From an uncultured Actinomycetes bacterium (GTDB lineage: Bacteria; Actinomycetota; UBA4738; HRBIN12), in NCBI GenBank assembly GCA_963704725.1, contig OY969934.1:512001-576000 (forward strand): a DNA stretch of 64,000 bases, given 5' to 3'. The notes beneath the pieces are model-generated. The model searched no databases. It saw only the letters and a program-made list of their open reading frames with translations, and was not told the DNA's origin. Below, one piece after another: positions 27,855-38,008 of this stretch. Both the position numbers and the translations under genes were made by a program. Positions within the stretch are counted from its first letter, which is position 1, and the number at the start of each line of letters is the position of its first letter.

Positions 27855-29059
27855 GCGTGGCCGTGGAGGAGCAGCGAGCGCCGGCCGTCAGGATCGGCGA
27901 GAGCCTGATCCCCGAGCTCGAGCGATTCGGGGCCGTCGATGTCTCGGCGTGCTTCAACTGCGGGACCTGCTCGGCCGTGTGTCCCATCGCCGAGGACGAC
28001 GGGGCGTTCCCGCGCCGGATCATCCGCTTCGCGCAGCTCGGCATGCGAGACCAGCTCCTGGCGAGCCACGAGCTCTGGACCTGCTACGGCTGCGCCGAGT
28101 GCACGGAGTCGTGTCCGCGGCAGGCGGATCCCGCCGGGTTCATGGGGGCCGCCCGCAGCTACGCGATCGCGAGCTACGACCGGACCGGCCTCGCCCGGCG
28201 CCTCGCGACCTCCGTCCCGTTCGCGGGCATCTTCATCGGGCTCCTCGTCCTGGTCCTGGCGTCGTTCATGTATACGGCGCATCAGCCGGTGCACGGCTCC
28301 GAGCTCGCCTTCTTCGAGTACGTCCCCGCCTCGTACATCCACGAATTCGGGCTCGTCGTGTTCGGGCTGTTCGGCGTCGCAACCGTCGCAGGCCTCGTGC
28401 AGATGATCCGTCACGTGACCGGGCCGGCGCGCCGGGACGACGCCCCGGACCCGGCCGGCGCCGGCATGGTCGAGGCGGTGCGCTACTCGGTGGTCCAGGA
28501 GTCGCTCGGCCAGCGGCGCTTCCGCGAGGAATGCGCCGACGATCCCGAGGCGTCGGCCCGGCCCTGGTACCTGCGGCGTTGGTTCGTGCACGCCGCGACC
28601 ATGTGGGGCTTCCTCGGCCTTCTCGGGGCCACGCTCGCCGACTTCGCCCTCGAGCTCACGGGCGTGAAGCCGACCGGGACGCAGGTGCCGGTCTGGTATC
28701 CGGTCCGGCTGCTCGGGACCCTCGCCGGCCTGCTTCTCGTGTATGGGACGACGATGATGATCCTCCGCCGGGCCCGCGGTACCGACCGGTCGTCCGCGAG
28801 GTCCACGGTGTGGGACTGGTCGTTCCTGTGGATGCTGTGGGTCGCCGGCCTGTCCGGGTTCGCCCTGGAGCTGGCGCTCTACCTTCCGAGGGCTCCCTCG
28901 TGGGGATACACGACCTTCCTGCTCCACGTCGGCGTGGCGATGGCGCTGGTCCTGCTGGCGCCATTCAGCAAGTTCGCGCACGCGATCTACCGGCCGGTCG
29001 CGCTCGCGGTCTTCCGTCTGCGCGGGGGCGGCCGCTCGCGCGACTCCGCGACCCGCTGA
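27851..29059 (+). CDS. QmoC-like membrane subunit (HdrC-type 2x[4Fe-4S] plus cytochrome b-type TM domain)
   Basis: CFNCGTCSAVCP, CYGCAECTESCPR; several TM helices with His in IHEF, FVHA, LLHV and PFSKFAHAIYRP. Confidence 0.88.
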   Translation: MSVAVEEQRAPAVRIGESLIPELERFGAVDVSACFNCGTCSAVCPIAEDDGAFPRRIIRFAQLGMRDQLLASHELWTCYGCAECTESCPRQADPAGFMGAARSYAIASYDRTGLARRLATSVPFAGIFIGLLVLVLASFMYTAHQPVHGSELAFFEYVPASYIHEFGLVVFGLFGVATVAGLVQMIRHVTGPARRDDAPDPAGAGMVEAVRYSVVQESLGQRRFREECADDPEASARPWYLRRWFVHAATMWGFLGLLGATLADFALELTGVKPTGTQVPVWYPVRLLGTLAGLLLVYGTTMMILRRARGTDRSSARSTVWDWSFLWMLWVAGLSGFALELALYLPRAPSWGYTTFLLHVGVAMALVLLAPFSKFAHAIYRPVALAVFRLRGGGRSRDSATR

Positions 29060-29063
29060 TCCG

Positions 29064-29630
29064 TCACCCGGCCGGCCGCTCGAGCCCATCGAGCGAGCGG
29101 ACCAGGAGCCGCAAGAGCTGCACCCGCTCGCTGGGGGTGAGCGCGCCGAAGAGCTCGGCGTTGGCACGCTCGCTCACCCTCGCTCGCGCGCGCAGCGCGC
29201 GCCGACCGTCCTTCGTCAGATCCAGCGCGTAGCGGCGCCGGTCGCGCTGGTCGCGCCGGCGCTCGACGAAGCCGGCCGCCTCGAGCCAGTCGACGAACGC
29301 GACCAGGTCGCTCGGGTCGAAGCGGAGCCGCTCGCTGGTCTCTCGCTGGCTGGACACTCCGAACTCCTCGAGGCAGGCGAGGATCGCGAAGTGCGGGAAG
29401 CGCATCTGCTCCGCGGGATCCGCGGCCTCGGCGATGCGTTGCTGTCCGAGTCGGAACGCCTGGCGCATCAGCAGGAACATGACGGCGCTCGGGTACCGCA
29501 GCAGGCTCGCCGGGTACTCGAGGGGCGACTCGCCGGGCGAGGCCATCCGCAGGCCCTTGATCGCGCGACGGCGCATCCTCGGGCCCGGACCGACCGCCGA
29601 CTCCGGCGGGGTGGCGGGGTTGACACGCAT
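29064..29630 (-). CDS. MarR family transcriptional regulator
   Basis: SQRE..ERL..DPS, LEAAGFVERRRDQRDRRRYALDLTKDG. Confidence 0.9.
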   Translation of the reverse strand: MRVNPATPPESAVGPGPRMRRRAIKGLRMASPGESPLEYPASLLRYPSAVMFLLMRQAFRLGQQRIAEAADPAEQMRFPHFAILACLEEFGVSSQRETSERLRFDPSDLVAFVDWLEAAGFVERRRDQRDRRRYALDLTKDGRRALRARARVSERANAELFGALTPSERVQLLRLLVRSLDGLERPAG

Positions 29631-29640
29631 GGGAACCCAT

Positions 29641-29680
29641 CCTTATCGTGGGTGATACCCATGATTTACCACGATCAAGG
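29641..29680. promoter_or_regulatory. Putative MarR operator (nested inverted repeats)
   Basis: ATCGTGGGT-GAT-ACCCATGAT (29645-29665) inside CCTTATCGTGG...CCACGATCAAGG. Confidence 0.5.
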
Positions 29681-30707
29681 TTCCGGCGCCACCGCGGAGG
29701 GTCCCGAACCGGGCGCCGAAGCCGCCGCCGGTGGCGAGCCCGTGATCTCGGTCCGGGGGCTGGAGAAGCGATTCGGCGAGCTGGTCGCGGTGGCCGGCGT
29801 CGACTTCGAGGTCTACCGGGGCGAGACGTTCGGGTTCCTCGGCCCCAACGGCGCCGGCAAGACGACGACGATCAACATGCTCTGCACGCTCGCGACGCCC
29901 ACCGCCGGCGCCGCGACCGTGGCCGGGTTCGACGTCCTGCGCGAGCGGGACGAGGTCCGGCGGAGCATCGGGCTCGTGTTCCAGGACACGACGCTCGACT
30001 CCTACCTTACGGCCGAGCGGAACCTGCGCTTCCACGCCGAGCTCTACGGCGTCCCCCGCGCCGAGATCGAGCCGCGGCTGAAGCAGGTCATGGAGATCGT
30101 CGGGCTGTGGGACCGGCGGGGAAGCAAGGTCATGGAGTACTCGGGCGGCATGATGCGCCGGCTCGAGATCGCGCGCGGGCTGCTGCACTACCCGCGCGTG
30201 CTGTTCCTCGACGAGCCCACGATCGGCCTGGACCCGCAGACGCGGTCGCACATCTGGACCTACATCTCGGACCTGAAGAAGCGCGAGGACATCACGATCT
30301 TCCTGACCACGCACTACATGGACGAGGCGGAGAACTGCGACCGCATCGCGATCATCGACAACGGCAGGATCGTGGCGCTCGAGACGCCCGAGGCGCTGAA
30401 GGCGAGCATCGGCAAGGATCGGGTCCAGATCCAGACCCCGGACGACGAGGCGACGATCGCCGCGCTCCGCGACCGGTTCGGGCTCGAGGCCGGCGTGCAC
30501 GAGGACGCCGTCACCTTCTCGGTGGAGTCGGGCGAGCAGTTCGTCCCGCGCCTGTTCGCCGAGCTCGGGATCCCCATCCAGGCCGTGCGGGTGTCCCGGC
30601 CCACCCTGGACGACGTGTTCATGTCGTACACGGGCAAGACGATCCGCGACGCGGAAGGGGAGAACCCGCTCCGGGCCATGGTCAAGGCGTTCCGAAGGAG
30701 GCGGTGA
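29661..30707 (+). CDS. DrrA-type ABC exporter ATP-binding protein
   Basis: [40 protein letters not shown]; start may be GTG 29742. Confidence 0.93.
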   Translation: MIYHDQGSGATAEGPEPGAEAAAGGEPVISVRGLEKRFGELVAVAGVDFEVYRGETFGFLGPNGAGKTTTINMLCTLATPTAGAATVAGFDVLRERDEVRRSIGLVFQDTTLDSYLTAERNLRFHAELYGVPRAEIEPRLKQVMEIVGLWDRRGSKVMEYSGGMMRRLEIARGLLHYPRVLFLDEPTIGLDPQTRSHIWTYISDLKKREDITIFLTTHYMDEAENCDRIAIIDNGRIVALETPEALKASIGKDRVQIQTPDDEATIAALRDRFGLEAGVHEDAVTFSVESGEQFVPRLFAELGIPIQAVRVSRPTLDDVFMSYTGKTIRDAEGENPLRAMVKAFRRRR

Positions 30708-31594
30708 GGGTGGCCACGGAGACCGCGCGGCGACCGGAGCCGATCGCCTCCGAGGGCCCGGTCCGGGCCGCCCGCCGGGGCCTCGCGCACGAGTTCCGGG
30801 GAGCCAAGATCGTGTGGCACCGCGAGATGATCCGGTTCTGGGAGGACCGCTCGCGGCTGGTGGTGTCGCTCCTTCAGCCGGTGCTCTTCCTGTTCGTCCT
30901 TGGCACCGGCCTGTCGTCGCTGGTCTCCGGAGGGACCGGTGGGCTGTCCCTGCGCACGTTCCTGTTCCCCGGCGTGCTGGCGATGTCCACGATGTTCACG
31001 GCCATGTTCTCCGCCGCCTCCCTGGTCTGGGATCGCGAGTTCGGGTTCCTGCGCGAGATGCTCGTGGCGCCGGTGGGGCGCGGCGCGATCGTGGTCGGCA
31101 AGGCGCTGGGCGGTGCGACGGTGGCCACGGTGCCCGGGGTCGTCATGCTCGCGTTCGCCGGCGCCGTTGGGGTGCCCTACGACCCGGTGTTGTTCGTGAC
31201 CCTGGTCGTCGAGCTGCTCCTGCTTTCGTTCGTCCTGACCACGGTGGGTATCGCGGTGGCCGGTCGTATCAAGCAGATCCAGTCGTTCATGGCGCTCACC
31301 CAGATGTTCCTGATGCCGATGCTGTTCCTGTCGGGTGCCATGTTCCCGCTGTCGAACCTGCCGGGCTGGCTCCACGTGCTGACCCGGATCAACCCGCTCA
31401 CGTACGCCGTGGACCCGATGCGCCGGGCGGTGTTCTCGCACCTCGACGTCTCCGCCGCCGTCCGGGACACCCTGAGCCCCGGCGTGACCTGGGGGTCCAA
31501 GGTCGTGCCCGTCGGCCTCGAGCTGCTGCTCGTCCTGCTGATGGGGGTCGGCCTGCTCGCCGTCGGCATCGCCGAGTTCCGCCGCGCGGAGTAG
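30704..31594 (+). CDS. ABC-2 type exporter permease (DrrB-like)
   Basis: [31 protein letters not shown]. Confidence 0.92.
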   Translation: MRVATETARRPEPIASEGPVRAARRGLAHEFRGAKIVWHREMIRFWEDRSRLVVSLLQPVLFLFVLGTGLSSLVSGGTGGLSLRTFLFPGVLAMSTMFTAMFSAASLVWDREFGFLREMLVAPVGRGAIVVGKALGGATVATVPGVVMLAFAGAVGVPYDPVLFVTLVVELLLLSFVLTTVGIAVAGRIKQIQSFMALTQMFLMPMLFLSGAMFPLSNLPGWLHVLTRINPLTYAVDPMRRAVFSHLDVSAAVRDTLSPGVTWGSKVVPVGLELLLVLLMGVGLLAVGIAEFRRAE

Positions 31595-31674
31595 GGCACC
31601 CCTCGCCGCCGGGACAAGGTCGGGCCGATCGGGCGGTATCCTCCCGGCAAACCCTCGCACAAGGACGGGATCCC

Positions 31675-34125
31675 ACGCGCTTCGGACACTTCGACGACGA
31701 CGAGCGCGAGTACGTCGTCTCGCAGCCGGATACACCGCTCCCTTGGATCAACTACCTGGGGAGCGAGGAGTTCTTCGGCATCATCTCCAACACCGCGGGC
31801 GGCTACGCCTTCTACCGAGACGCCCGGCTGCGCAGGCTGACGAGGTTCCGGTACAACGCGCCGGGCGACGGGGGTGGGCGATACCTGTACGTGCGGGACG
31901 ATGAGACCGGGGACTACTGGTCGCCGTCGTGGCAGCCCACGCAGAGTGACCTCGAGGACTACCGGTGCCGGCACGGGCTCGGCTACACGGTGATCGGCTC
32001 CCGCCGCAGGGGGATCGAGGCCGAGACCTGGTACCTCGTCCCGCTCGGCGAGACGCTCGAGATCTGGAAGACCTCCATCACGAACCACCGTGACGCCCCG
32101 GCCCGACTGTCGCTGTTCAGCGGGGTCGAGTTCTGTCTGTGGGACGCGCTGGACGACGCGACGAACTTCCAGCGCAACTACTCCGTGGGCGAGGTGGAGG
32201 TCGACGGCGGGGTCATCTTCCACAAGAGCGAGTACCGGGAGCGCCGGAACCACTTCGCGTACTTCGCGTGCTCGGCCGAGGTGGCGGGGTTCGACACACA
32301 GCGCGAGGCGTTCCTCGGACCCTACCGAGGGTGGGATCGGCCGCTCGTCGTGGAGACCGGGCGTTCGGGGGGCTCGATCGCCCACGGGTGGGCGCCGATC
32401 GGCTCGCACCACGTGGAGCTCGCGCTCGAGCCGGGCCAGACGCGCGACGTGGTCTTCCTCCTTGGCTATGCGGAGAACCCGGCCGACGAGAAGTTCGACC
32501 CACCGGGGTCGCAGACGATCGACACGCATCGCGTCCGCCCTGTGATCGACCGATACCTGCGGACCGAGGAGGTCGTCCGAGCGATCGGGCGGATCCAGGA
32601 CCGGTGGTCCCAGCTCCTGGAAGCGATGCAGGTCGCCACCCCGAGCGAGCACGTCGACCGCATGGTGAACGTGTGGAACGCGTACCAATGCATGGTGACC
32701 TTCAACCTGTCGCGGTCGGCCTCATCGTTCGAGTCGGGGATCGGGCGGGGGATGGGGTTCCGCGACTCGACCCAGGACCTCCTGGGCTTCGTCCACATGG
32801 TTCCCGATCGCGCGCGGGAGCGGATCCTGGACATCGCGGCCACGCAGCTTCCGACGGGCGGCGCCTACCACCAGTACCAGCCGCTCACGAAGCGCGGGAA
32901 CGACGCCGTCGGCTCCGGTTTCAACGACGATCCGCTGTGGCTGGTGCTCGCGGTCGCCGCGTACCTCAAGGAGACGGGCGACCGGTCGATCCTGGACGAG
33001 GCCGTGCCGTTCGACAACGCGCCCGGATCGGAGGCCCCGCTCCTGGACCACCTGCGGCGCTCCATCGCGTACACGCTCGAGCGCCTCGGTCCGCACGGCC
33101 TGCCGTTGATCGGCCGGGCCGACTGGAACGACTGCCTGAACCTGAACTGCTTCTCGGAGACGCCGGGCGAGTCCTTCCAGACCACCGAGAACCGCGAGGG
33201 TGGGGTCGCCGAGTCGGTGTTCATCGCCGGGCTGTTCGCGCTGGCCGCCGAGGAGATCGCGCAGATCGCCGAGCGCGAGGGGTTGGGCGAGGAGGCCGTC
33301 GAGTATCGAGCCGCTCGCGAACGCATGGCCGCCGCCGTCCGGGACCACGGCTGGGACGGCGAGTGGTTCCGTCGCGCCTACGACTACTTCGGGCGGCCCG
33401 TCGGATCGTCCGAGAACGCGGAGGGCCGCATCTTCATCGAGCCCCAGGGGATGTGCGTGATGGCCGGCCTCGGGCTCGAGGACGGCACCGCCGAGGCGGC
33501 GCTGGCGTCGGTGGAAGAGCACCTGGCGACGCCGCACGGCCTCATGCTGCTCCAGCCGGCCTTCACTCGGTACCACCTCGAGCTCGGCGAGATCGGTTCG
33601 TACCCCCCCGGCTACAAGGAGAACGCCGGGATCTTCTGCCACACCAACCCGTGGGTGATGATCGCGGAGACCCTGGTCGGAAACGGGGATCGCGCGTTCG
33701 ACTACTACCTGCGCATCAACCCGTCGGCGCGGGAGGACCTGAGCGAGGTCCATAGGTGCGAGCCCTACGTCTACGCGCAGATGATCGCGGGCAAGGACGC
33801 GCCCGTCCACGGCGAGGCCAAGAACTCCTGGCTCACGGGGACGGCGGCCTGGAACTTCGTGGCCGTCACGCAGTGGATCCTCGGCATCCGCCCCGAGCAC
33901 GACGGGTTGCGGGTCGACCCATGTGTCCCGGCGGACTGGAATGGATTCCGCGTGTGGAGGCGTCGCTTCCGGGGGGCGATCTACGACATCACGGTGCGGG
34001 TACGGCGCGAGGGCGGCGGGCGCACGTCCCACCTCGTGGTCGACGACCGCCGGATCGAGGGCACGCTGATCCCGCCGGCTCCTCCCGGAGCTCGGGTCAC
34101 GGTGATGGCGACGATCGAGCGATAG
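31675..34125 (+). CDS. GH94 cellobiose phosphorylase; start codon appears as ACG
   Basis: (T)[72 protein letters not shown]. Confidence 0.9.
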   Translation, partial: TRFGHFDDDEREYVVSQPDTPLPWINYLGSEEFFGIISNTAGGYAFYRDARLRRLTRFRYNAPGDGGGRYLYVRDDETGDYWSPSWQPTQSDLEDYRCRHGLGYTVIGSRRRGIEAETWYLVPLGETLEIWKTSITNHRDAPARLSLFSGVEFCLWDALDDATNFQRNYSVGEVEVDGGVIFHKSEYRERRNHFAYFACSAEVAGFDTQREAFLGPYRGWDRPLVVETGRSGGSIAHGWAPIGSHHVELALEPGQTRDVVFLLGYAENPADEKFDPPGSQTIDTHRVRPVIDRYLRTEEVVRAIGRIQDRWSQLLEAMQVATPSEHVDRMVNVWNAYQCMVTFNLSRSASSFESGIGRGMGFRDSTQDLLGFVHMVPDRARERILDIAATQLPTGGAYHQYQPLTKRGNDAVGSGFNDDPLWLVLAVAAYLKETGDRSILDEAVPFDNAPGSEAPLLDHLRRSIAYTLERLGPHGLPLIGRADWNDCLNLNCFSETPGESFQTTENREGGVAESVFIAGLFALAAEEIAQIAEREGLGEEAVEYRAARERMAAAVRDHGWDGEWFRRAYDYFGRPVGSSENAEGRIFIEPQGMCVMAGLGLEDGTAEAALASVEEHLATPHGLMLLQPAFTRYHLELGEIGSYPPGYKENAGIFCHTNPWVMIAETLVGNGDRAFDYYLRINPSAREDLSEVHRCEPYVYAQMIAGKDAPVHGEAKNSWLTGTAAWNFVAVTQWILGIRPEHDGLRVDPCVPADWNGFRVWRRRFRGAIYDITVRVRREGGGRTSHLVVDDRRIEGTLIPPAPPGARVTVMATIER

Positions 34126-35458
34126 CGCTCGCCGCACGTTCGGGCGGCCGCGTCGCTCCGTCCTCAGCCAGCGTCGGAGCCGCCCCGACGGCGGGGACGA
34201 CGACACGGACGGAGGTTCCCCCGTCGACGGTCGAGGCGATCTCGAACGAGCCGCCGACCATCTCCACGCGTTGACGCATCCCCAGGAGCCCGTAGTGGTC
34301 CAGTCCGAGCGACCCGGGCCGGTCCGGGTGCATCCCGATCCCGTCGTCGCCGACCTCCAAGTGGACGGAGCCGCCGACGACCCCGAGCGTGACGTCCACG
34401 GACCGGGCCCGAGCGTGTTTGACGACGTTCGCCAAGGCCTCCTGCGCCACCCGGTACAGGACGATCTCGACGGCCGGCTCGAGGCGCAGCGGGAGCTCGA
34501 CGTTCACGTTCGGCTCGACGTCGGAGCCCTCGACCATCGAGCGGACGAGGTCCCGCAAGGCGGTCACGAGCCCGTACTCGTCCAGGATCGGTGGACGGAG
34601 CCCCGTCATGAGATGGCGGAGCGCGGCGATGTCGTCGCGCAGGAGGCGTTGCACCCGGTCGAGCGACTGGCTCGCAGCCGAGCCGTCCCCGCTCTCGATC
34701 CGTCTGCGCGCCGTCTCCAGCCCGATGTCCAGCGCCGTCAGGTGCTGGATCGGGCCGTCGTGCAGCTCGAGCGAGATCCGCTTGCGCTCCTCCTCGAGGG
34801 AGCTCACCGTGCGGTCGAGGAGGCTTCGGCGTTCCGCCTCGAGGCGACGCAGCTCGAGCAGGAGCGAGCGGAGCTCGCCGTCTCGCTCGACGAGCGCCCG
34901 GTTGGCGTCCTCCAGCTCCCCCGAGTACGCCCGGAGCTGCTCCTCGCTGCGGAGCAGCCGGATGCGAACCCGGGACAGGACCTCGCCGACCATGACGCAC
35001 GTCGGGACCACGAGGATGAGCGAGCTGGCATCGGAGGCGAAGTCGCCGGGCAGGAGAAGCAGCGGCAGCAGGTACGAGACGACGAGGAGCGGCGAGGCGA
35101 TCAGCGATGCCCCCGAAGGACGCGTCATGCCGAGCCACACGAAGACGACCACGTAGTAGCTGCTGTAGGAGTACGGCGCGTACCCGTTGAACACGTTGCC
35201 GGCCGAGATGAGTGCCAGCGCGACGGGGAGCAGGACCAGGTTCGTCCGGGGCGGCCAGCGCTCCCACGGCAGGCGCCACACCACCGCGCCGAGAGTGACG
35301 GCGATGCCGCCGACGGACGCCAGGGCGGAGCGGTTGATGTCCGGCGGGCCGGGCAGGATCGCCGCCAGCCCGGCCACCATCCCCCCGCCCACCAGGAACG
35401 CCGAGCCCAGTCGCGGTCCGCTGGGATGGAGCCAGGAGGGCGCGATCGACCTACTCAT
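34097..35458 (-). CDS. Membrane-bound sensor histidine kinase (HisKA_3)
   Basis: N-terminal TM helices; [35 protein letters not shown]. Confidence 0.9.
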   Translation of the reverse strand: MSRSIAPSWLHPSGPRLGSAFLVGGGMVAGLAAILPGPPDINRSALASVGGIAVTLGAVVWRLPWERWPPRTNLVLLPVALALISAGNVFNGYAPYSYSSYYVVVFVWLGMTRPSGASLIASPLLVVSYLLPLLLLPGDFASDASSLILVVPTCVMVGEVLSRVRIRLLRSEEQLRAYSGELEDANRALVERDGELRSLLLELRRLEAERRSLLDRTVSSLEEERKRISLELHDGPIQHLTALDIGLETARRRIESGDGSAASQSLDRVQRLLRDDIAALRHLMTGLRPPILDEYGLVTALRDLVRSMVEGSDVEPNVNVELPLRLEPAVEIVLYRVAQEALANVVKHARARSVDVTLGVVGGSVHLEVGDDGIGMHPDRPGSLGLDHYGLLGMRQRVEMVGGSFEIASTVDGGTSVRVVVPAVGAAPTLAEDGATRPPERAASAIARSSPSP

Positions 35459-35632
35459 CCCAGCGTTCCTGTCGGGAGTTCGGGGGTCGACCTTGAGGTG
35501 TCCGATCGGCGGGCGGGCCGAACGCCCCCATCGGACCGGTCCCATCGCACCCCCGTCGCCGCCGGCCCCGGGCGCAGAGTCTGACCGCGGAGCGCGCCGC
35601 ATTCCGGCCGCCTGCTCGAAGCGTGGAGGGAC

Positions 35633-36787
35633 ATGATGAAGATCGGGGACGTCGAACAGGGCAAGCGGGCGGACCTGGCCGGGCCCGGGATCGGCAGCTA
35701 CGAGGAGCTGGACCGCGTGCTCCCCAACGACTACCGCTCGCTGCTCTCGCCGCGCGAGACGCAGGAGGCGATCTTCGAGGTGAAGCGGTTCATCGAGGAC
35801 GCCCTGTGCCGAGAGCTCGGGCTCATCATGGTGCAGGTCCCGCTGATCGTCGATGCCGACTCCGGGGTCAACGACATGCTCGACCGTGACGGGTCCCGGG
35901 GGCCGGTGCAATTCCACATCTCCAACGACCGCGACGTGCACCCCATCGAGGCGCAGGTCGTGCAGGCCGCGACGAAGTGGAAGCGCATCGCGTTGAAGCA
36001 GTTCGGCATGGGCGTGGGCGAGGGCATCTGCACCGACATGCGTGCCGTCCGCAAGGACTACTTCCTGGACCACGATCACAGCGCCTACGTCGACCAGTGG
36101 GACTGGGAGCGCGTCGTCACCGAGGACCGGCGGAACCTCGACGAGCTGAAGAAGGCCGTGCGGGCGATCTGGCGCGTCCTGCGCGGCGTCGAGACGCACG
36201 TCCAGGAGCTGTTCCCGCAGCTCCGCGACGAGCGGTTCCCCGATCTTCCCGAGGAGATCACGTTCCTGCACGCCGAGGAGATCCTCGCGCGGTACCCGGA
36301 CCTACCTCGCAAGCAGCGCGAGACGATGATCCTGCAGGAGCACCCGGCGATCTTCATCGTGGGGATCGGCTGGACGCTCGCCGACGGCTACCCGCACGAG
36401 CTGCGAGCCGCCGACTACGACGACTGGGTGACCGAGACGGTCCTCGGGCGCGACGGGCACCCGATGCACGGGCTGAACGGCGACATCCTCGTGTGGAACC
36501 ACGTCACGCAGCGCCGGCACGAGCTCTCCTCGATGGGCATCCGGGTGAACGCCGAGACGCTCCGCAAGCAGCTCGAGCTCACCGGTCAGCTCGACTGGCT
36601 GACCCTCCCGTACCACCGCGGCATCACGTCGGGGGAGCTCCCCCTGTCGATCGGCGGCGGGATCGGCCAGTCGCGGACGCAGATGCTGCTCCTGCGCAAG
36701 GCGCATCTCGGCGAGGTGAGCGTCACGGTGTGGCCGGCCGTCCTGAAAGACCTGTGCGCCCGACACGGGATCAACGTCATCGAATAG
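35633..36787 (+). CDS. asnA: Aspartate--ammonia ligase
   Basis: KWKR, TDMRAVRKD, HSAYVDQWDWE, RAADYDDW, GLNGDI, ELSSMGIRV, SIGGGIGQSR. Confidence 0.95.
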   Translation: MMKIGDVEQGKRADLAGPGIGSYEELDRVLPNDYRSLLSPRETQEAIFEVKRFIEDALCRELGLIMVQVPLIVDADSGVNDMLDRDGSRGPVQFHISNDRDVHPIEAQVVQAATKWKRIALKQFGMGVGEGICTDMRAVRKDYFLDHDHSAYVDQWDWERVVTEDRRNLDELKKAVRAIWRVLRGVETHVQELFPQLRDERFPDLPEEITFLHAEEILARYPDLPRKQRETMILQEHPAIFIVGIGWTLADGYPHELRAADYDDWVTETVLGRDGHPMHGLNGDILVWNHVTQRRHELSSMGIRVNAETLRKQLELTGQLDWLTLPYHRGITSGELPLSIGGGIGQSRTQMLLLRKAHLGEVSVTVWPAVLKDLCARHGINVIE

Positions 36788-37796
36788 CCGCCGTGCTGTC
36801 GCGGACGACGAGCGAGGTGGCGAGCTCGACCCGGCGGTCGCCGCCGCGACCGAGGACGAGGCGGGCGGCCGTCGCCCCCATCTCGCTCAGTGGCTGCCGA
36901 ACGGTGGTGAGCGGCGGCCAGGCCCACCGGGCCATCGGCAGGTCGTCGAATCCCACGACGCTCAGCTCGCCGGGGACGCCGAGGCCGAGCACGCGCGCGG
37001 CCTCGTAGACCCCGAACGCCTGCAGGTCGCTGCCGGCGAAGATCGCGGTCGGTCGATCGGGGAGCGTCAGCAACGAGCGGCCCTGCTCGTATCCGCTCTC
37101 GACGTGGAAGTCGCCCCACCGGATCAGCTCGGGGTCGACGGCGTGACCCGCCGTTTCGAGGGCGGCCCGGTACCCGTCCACCCGCGCCCGGCTGCACAGG
37201 ATCGTGGCCGGCCCGCCGATCATCCCCACGCGTCGGTGGCCGAGCTCGAGCAGGTACCTCGTGGCGACGAGACCCCCGTTCCAGTTGGTGGCCCCAACCG
37301 AGGGCACGTCCGCCGCCGGCTCGCCCGCCGGGTCCAGGACCACGAACGGGATGCTCCGGGCGCGAAGGGTGCCGATCTGCTCGCGGCTCAGCTCGGACAC
37401 GACGAGGATCACGCCGGCGCCGCGGCGCGATGCGACCACGTCGATCCAGGAGCGTCCGAGCGCCCCCGGGCCCCGCTGCGCCGACACCACCACGCTCAGG
37501 CCCTGCTGGCGCGCCACCCGCTCCACGCCGCGGATGATCTCGATCGCCCAGGGGCTCTCGAGCTCGTTGAACACGAGGTCGATGAGCTCGGCCGTCGGCT
37601 TGCGAGCCGGTGCGCGGCGACGGTAGCCGTGCTCGCGGAGCAGGAGCTCGACGCGGGCCCGGGTCTCGGCGGCGACGTCGGCCCGTCCGTTCACCACCTT
37701 GGAGACCGTCGGGACCGAGACGCCTGCCAGCCGAGCGATCTGGGCGATCGTGACCCGCCCGTCTCCGTTCCCGTTACCGTTCCCGTCCTGCGTCAT
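36777..37796 (-). CDS. LacI family transcriptional regulator (BxlR-like)
   Basis: TIAQIARLAGVSVPTVSKVVNG, SVGATNWNGG, LGHRR, VGFDD, PLTTVRQP. Confidence 0.95.
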   Translation of the reverse strand: MTQDGNGNGNGDGRVTIAQIARLAGVSVPTVSKVVNGRADVAAETRARVELLLREHGYRRRAPARKPTAELIDLVFNELESPWAIEIIRGVERVARQQGLSVVVSAQRGPGALGRSWIDVVASRRGAGVILVVSELSREQIGTLRARSIPFVVLDPAGEPAADVPSVGATNWNGGLVATRYLLELGHRRVGMIGGPATILCSRARVDGYRAALETAGHAVDPELIRWGDFHVESGYEQGRSLLTLPDRPTAIFAGSDLQAFGVYEAARVLGLGVPGELSVVGFDDLPMARWAWPPLTTVRQPLSEMGATAARLVLGRGGDRRVELATSLVVRDSTAAIR

Positions 37797-37798
37797 GC

Positions 37799-37821
37799 TC
37801 GAAAGTTATCAGAACTTTCGA
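37799..37821. promoter_or_regulatory. LacI/BxlR-type operator overlapping the leaderless lacI promoter
   Basis: TCGAAAGTT-ATCAG-AACTTTCGA; minus-strand TAACTT 6 nt before ATG 37796. Confidence 0.7.
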
Positions 37822-37870
37822 AACATGGTGGGACAACGATCTCGGCCCCGAGGCCTGCAGCACGGCTGGA

Positions 37871-37934
37871 TTGACAGGATGCAGGCATGGGTCCAGACTC
37901 CAACGAAAGGTCGGGCCTGAGGGCGAAAGTTTCG
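37871..37934 (+). promoter_or_regulatory. Promoter plus second operator for the ABC-GH3 operon
   Basis: TTGACA-N17-CAGACT (37871-37899); CGAAA-G-TTTCG at 37924-37934. Confidence 0.65.
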
Positions 37935-38008
37935 TGCTCGACCCGATGGACCCGCACATCGGTCGGTGGGCGTCGGCGGGGACGAACGTCGGGGGGAAGG
38001 AGGCCGAG

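Noticed and set aside
22568-29059. Calling the locus canonical sHdr, QmoABC or methanogen HdrABC
   Set aside because: No HdrB/CCG protein, lipoate-binding protein, AprAB or hydrogenase in the window
30814-31674. N-terminal extension making GH94 1103 aa
   Set aside because: Overlaps the permease in another frame; family homology starts at 31675
37757-37786. GNGNGNGDG repeat at the LacI N-terminus
   Set aside because: Short low-complexity coding repeat with synonymous variation; not an array or phase-variable tract
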